Source: Candidatus Saccharimonadota bacterium (GTDB taxonomy: Bacteria; Patescibacteriota; Gracilibacteria; UBA1369; 2-02-FULL-48-14). Taken from it: a DNA stretch of 32,000 bases. Where the stretch lies: assembly GCA_016699145.1 (NCBI GenBank), contig CP064962.1:360001-392000 (forward strand). The letters are read 5' to 3'. The position numbers and the translations under genes were made by a program. Below are positions 29,881 to 32,000 of this stretch, piece by piece (the first letter of the stretch is position 1; each line of letters begins with the position of its first letter). The notes below the pieces were generated by a model. The model made no database searches. It saw nothing but the letters and a program-made list of their open reading frames with translations, and was not told the origin of the DNA.

Positions 29881-32000
29881 TCACTCCATGGACAAAAGAT
29901 CAGAAAGAATGTTGAAGGCATAGCCGCGAGTAGCGACGGCTCCAGGCATAAAGTATTCCTCCTGAACCAATTCGAGCTCATCGGCTGCATCCACATAAGG
30001 GGTGTACCAATATTCTCCGCTCTCCTCTTCTGTAACCTGAATGTCATTGGTGTTCAAAATCATCTTGAGGATTTCGGCATTGTTGGCCACCTCCCCAGGG
30101 TGGAAGCTGCCATCGGGGTAACCGCTGATCCATCCCTCTTCTTTTGCAAAGCAAACGTAAGGGGCATACCAATCATCGGTCACATCGCTGAAACAGTTGT
30201 TGTACACCGCAGGATCAGGCTCATCCCCAACCGCCAGAACCACAATCTTCATGAGTTCTGCGCGGTTCATACCGTTTTCTTCCTGAACACTTCCATCAGG
30301 ATATCCATCGATCACTCCACGTTCGTAGAGGTCCAGGATTTCTTCATAGTAGTCATCGGAAGAAGAAAGATCGCTGAAAGGATTTTCAACTACTTCTCCT
30401 ATCCCATCATTTTCATCTTCAAGCTCGTCCGCGTCATCATCGTCGTCACTGCTGCTGGAACTGGAAGAAGATGAACTTCCACCCCCTCCACCGCCATGAG
30501 AACCTCCTCCTCCACTACCGCCACCGGAACTGGCGCTAGCCGCAGTGACGTTGGTCATAGCAACACTAGTGTCGGTCGCAATGTCATCGGCAGCGGTTCC
30601 TTCGTTTTCAACTTCCAAAGAACTCACGTCATCCGTTCCATCTGTAAAGGCAACGAGACCGGCAAGGATAATATTAGCCGTGCCAGCCGTAATGTCCCCC
30701 GTAGCGGTACAAATCACCACTTGAGAAGCATCCGTACAAGAGAAGCTACCCGCACCCGCAAACGTTTCAGAGCTCAAAGAGACTCCAGACACATCCATGA
30801 GCGCAGGGAAAGTGATGTCCACTGTATCTGCTGCATCCAAAGCAGTGGGCAAAGTCAAGGTCACCGTAGTGAGGCCCGGATCTCCTTCTACAGAATTGTC
30901 TCCAAGTGTTACACTCGCTGCTGCATCGGCAGCGGTTACATCCGTCAAAGCAACCACAGAATCAGTCGCAATGTCATCGGCAGCCGTACCTTCGTTTTCA
31001 ACTTCCAAAGAAGTGATGTCCGTGGTTCCAGCATTGGCTCCAGTGATTCCCGTAAGAACAATGTTTCCGGTACCCACATTAACAACACCATCTGCAGTAC
31101 AGGTCACCAGTTGAGTAGAAGGAGAGGTACAAGCAAAGTTTCCAGCTCCACCAAAGGTCTTAGAACCAAAAGCCACTCCAGAAACATTCACGGAAGTAGG
31201 AAACAGAATATCCACTGTATCAGCCGCATCCAAAGCAGTTGCTAAGGTTAAAGTCACCGTAGTGTTTCCAGAAGCTCCAACCACTGAGTTTTCACCAAGT
31301 ACCACACTTGCGGCAGCATCAGCAGCGGTCACATTCGTAAGCGCCACTACGCTGTCGGTAACAATGTCCTGGGCATCCAAACCTTCATTTTCAACTTCAA
31401 AAGAGGTGATGTCGGTGGTGCCGACATTCGCTCCAGTGATTCCTGTAAGAATAATGGTTCCAGTACCCGCAGTGATCGTGCCTGTTGCCGCACAAGTCAT
31501 AATCTGAGAAGACGGGGTACAGCTAAAGTTTCCACCTCCTCCAAAAGTCTGAGAACCATATACCACCAGAGAAATATCGACATACGAAGGGAAGGTAAGC
31601 TGCACGGTATCATCAGCATCTAAAGCAGTGGTTAATGTAAAAGCCACTGTAGTGTTTCCCGAAGCTCCAACCACTGAGTTCCCTGCTAAAGTTACACTCG
31701 CTGCCGCATCTCCAGCTGTCACATTGGTTAAAGCAACCGCCGTATCAATACCAATATCAGCGGTATCGCCTCCTTCTTCTTCAATTTGGAAATTGCTGAT
31801 GTCAGTGGTATCCGTATAAAAACTAGTGATTCCTGGGATCACAATGGTACCCGCGGCAGAAGTGAAACTACCCCCACTCACCGTACAAGTCACCAGTTGA
31901 GCTGAACTGGCACAAGAAATGGTGGGGCTGCCACCAGCCTCAGTCAAGGTATCAGTAGCAGCAACAGGAGTTACCAAAGCAGACACATTGATATAAGAAG
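29881..32000 (-). CDS. giant repeat-containing surface (S-layer-type) protein, C-terminal 706+ aa; 5' end lies beyond the window
   Basis: The frame stays open to base 32000. The GTG at 31986 is internal, since the upstream codons read ...SYIN like the repeat. At least 4 units of about 130 aa, then SSGGGSGGGGSHGGGGGGSSSSSSSSSSDDDDDADELEDE (about 30406-30534), then two SLH-like repeats (FSDLSSSDDYYEEILDLYERGVIDGYPDG...; FSDVTDDWYAPYVCFAKEEGWISGYPDGSFHP...). Confidence 0.8.
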   Translation of the reverse strand, partial: SYINVSALVTPVAATDTLTEAGGSPTISCASSAQLVTCTVSGGSFTSAAGTIVIPGITSFYTDTTDISNFQIEEEGGDTADIGIDTAVALTNVTAGDAAASVTLAGNSVVGASGNTTVAFTLTTALDADDTVQLTFPSYVDISLVVYGSQTFGGGGNFSCTPSSQIMTCAATGTITAGTGTIILTGITGANVGTTDITSFEVENEGLDAQDIVTDSVVALTNVTAADAAASVVLGENSVVGASGNTTVTLTLATALDAADTVDILFPTSVNVSGVAFGSKTFGGAGNFACTSPSTQLVTCTADGVVNVGTGNIVLTGITGANAGTTDITSLEVENEGTAADDIATDSVVALTDVTAADAAASVTLGDNSVEGDPGLTTVTLTLPTALDAADTVDITFPALMDVSGVSLSSETFAGAGSFSCTDASQVVICTATGDITAGTANIILAGLVAFTDGTDDVSSLEVENEGTAADDIATDTSVAMTNVTAASASSGGGSGGGGSHGGGGGGSSSSSSSSSSDDDDDADELEDENDGIGEVVENPFSDLSSSDDYYEEILDLYERGVIDGYPDGSVQEENGMNRAELMKIVVLAVGDEPDPAVYNNCFSDVTDDWYAPYVCFAKEEGWISGYPDGSFHPGEVANNAEILKMILNTNDIQVTEEESGEYWYTPYVDAADELELVQEEYFMPGAVATRGYAFNILSDLLSME
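30564..32000 (-). repeat. in-frame tandem coding repeats, period about 390-393 bp (130-131 aa), at least 3.7 units in the window
   Basis: The VALTNVTA(G/A)DAAASV anchor recurs at aa 84, 214, 345 and 475 (VAMTNVTAASA), which is nt 31737, 31347, 30954 and 30564. Each unit also holds TALDAxDTV, FGGxGNFxCT...C and TDITSxEVENEG. Confidence 0.85.

Noticed and set aside
30496-31819. Plus-strand ORFs 30496..31245, 30797..31114, 31262..31507 and 31628..31819
   Set aside because: They are antisense to the tandem-repeat surface protein gene. Their repetitive, stop-poor composition comes from the Thr/Ala/Gly/Val codon bias of the true frame.
30564-32000. Regularly spaced repeats as a CRISPR array
   Set aside because: The period is about 390 bp and the whole unit is repeated, so there are no short repeats with unique spacers. 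The array is in frame inside a long ORF. These are protein-coding tandem repeats.

Overview
This looks like a bacterial chromosomal segment. GC is mid-40s percent by eye. The genetic code is standard: TGA ends confident genes at 14753 and 17095. I saw few Shine-Dalgarno sequences, and both tRNAs encode CCA. I cannot name the organism from sequence alone. Housekeeping genes: gmk, ssb, an FKBP-type PPIase lipoprotein, a UPF0020/Trm11-like methyltransferase, tRNA-Gln(CTG), tRNA-Asn(GTT), an FAD-linked oxidase, an ABC-2 exporter pair, an intact M23 peptidase, and many lipoproteins. The accessory content is heavy. (1) Each tRNA is followed on its 3' side by an array of short conserved repeats that cut the DNA into one- to three-gene modules. 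The tRNA-Asn repeats are clearly decayed copies of the tRNA 3' end. These modules carry a Fic toxin with a small antitoxin and a Phd/RelE-type TA pair, and no recombinase is visible. (2) An IS cluster at 18.6-20.9 kb holds two IS5/IS427-like copies and an IS200/IS605-like tnpA-only element. One IS5-like copy is truncated at the IS200-like junction. The other splits a SAM methyltransferase gene, which can be rebuilt exactly by removing the IS. A second, frameshifted IS200-like copy lies at 0.84-1.38 kb. (3) An IS481-like element sits next to a RelE/antitoxin pair. (4) A 211-bp MITE-like element has 21-bp perfect terminal inverted repeats. (5) The right end carries a partial giant surface protein made of roughly 130-aa tandem repeats, a Gly/Ser/Asp linker and an SLH pair. 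The adjacent esterase carries the same SLH pair. Several genes look broken: one M23 peptidase, the Fic gene, a membrane protein, one tnpA and the methyltransferase. A 435-bp GC-richer non-coding gap between the PPIase gene and gmk may encode a structured RNA that I could not assign. All function calls rest on motifs I recognised by eye; no database search was possible.
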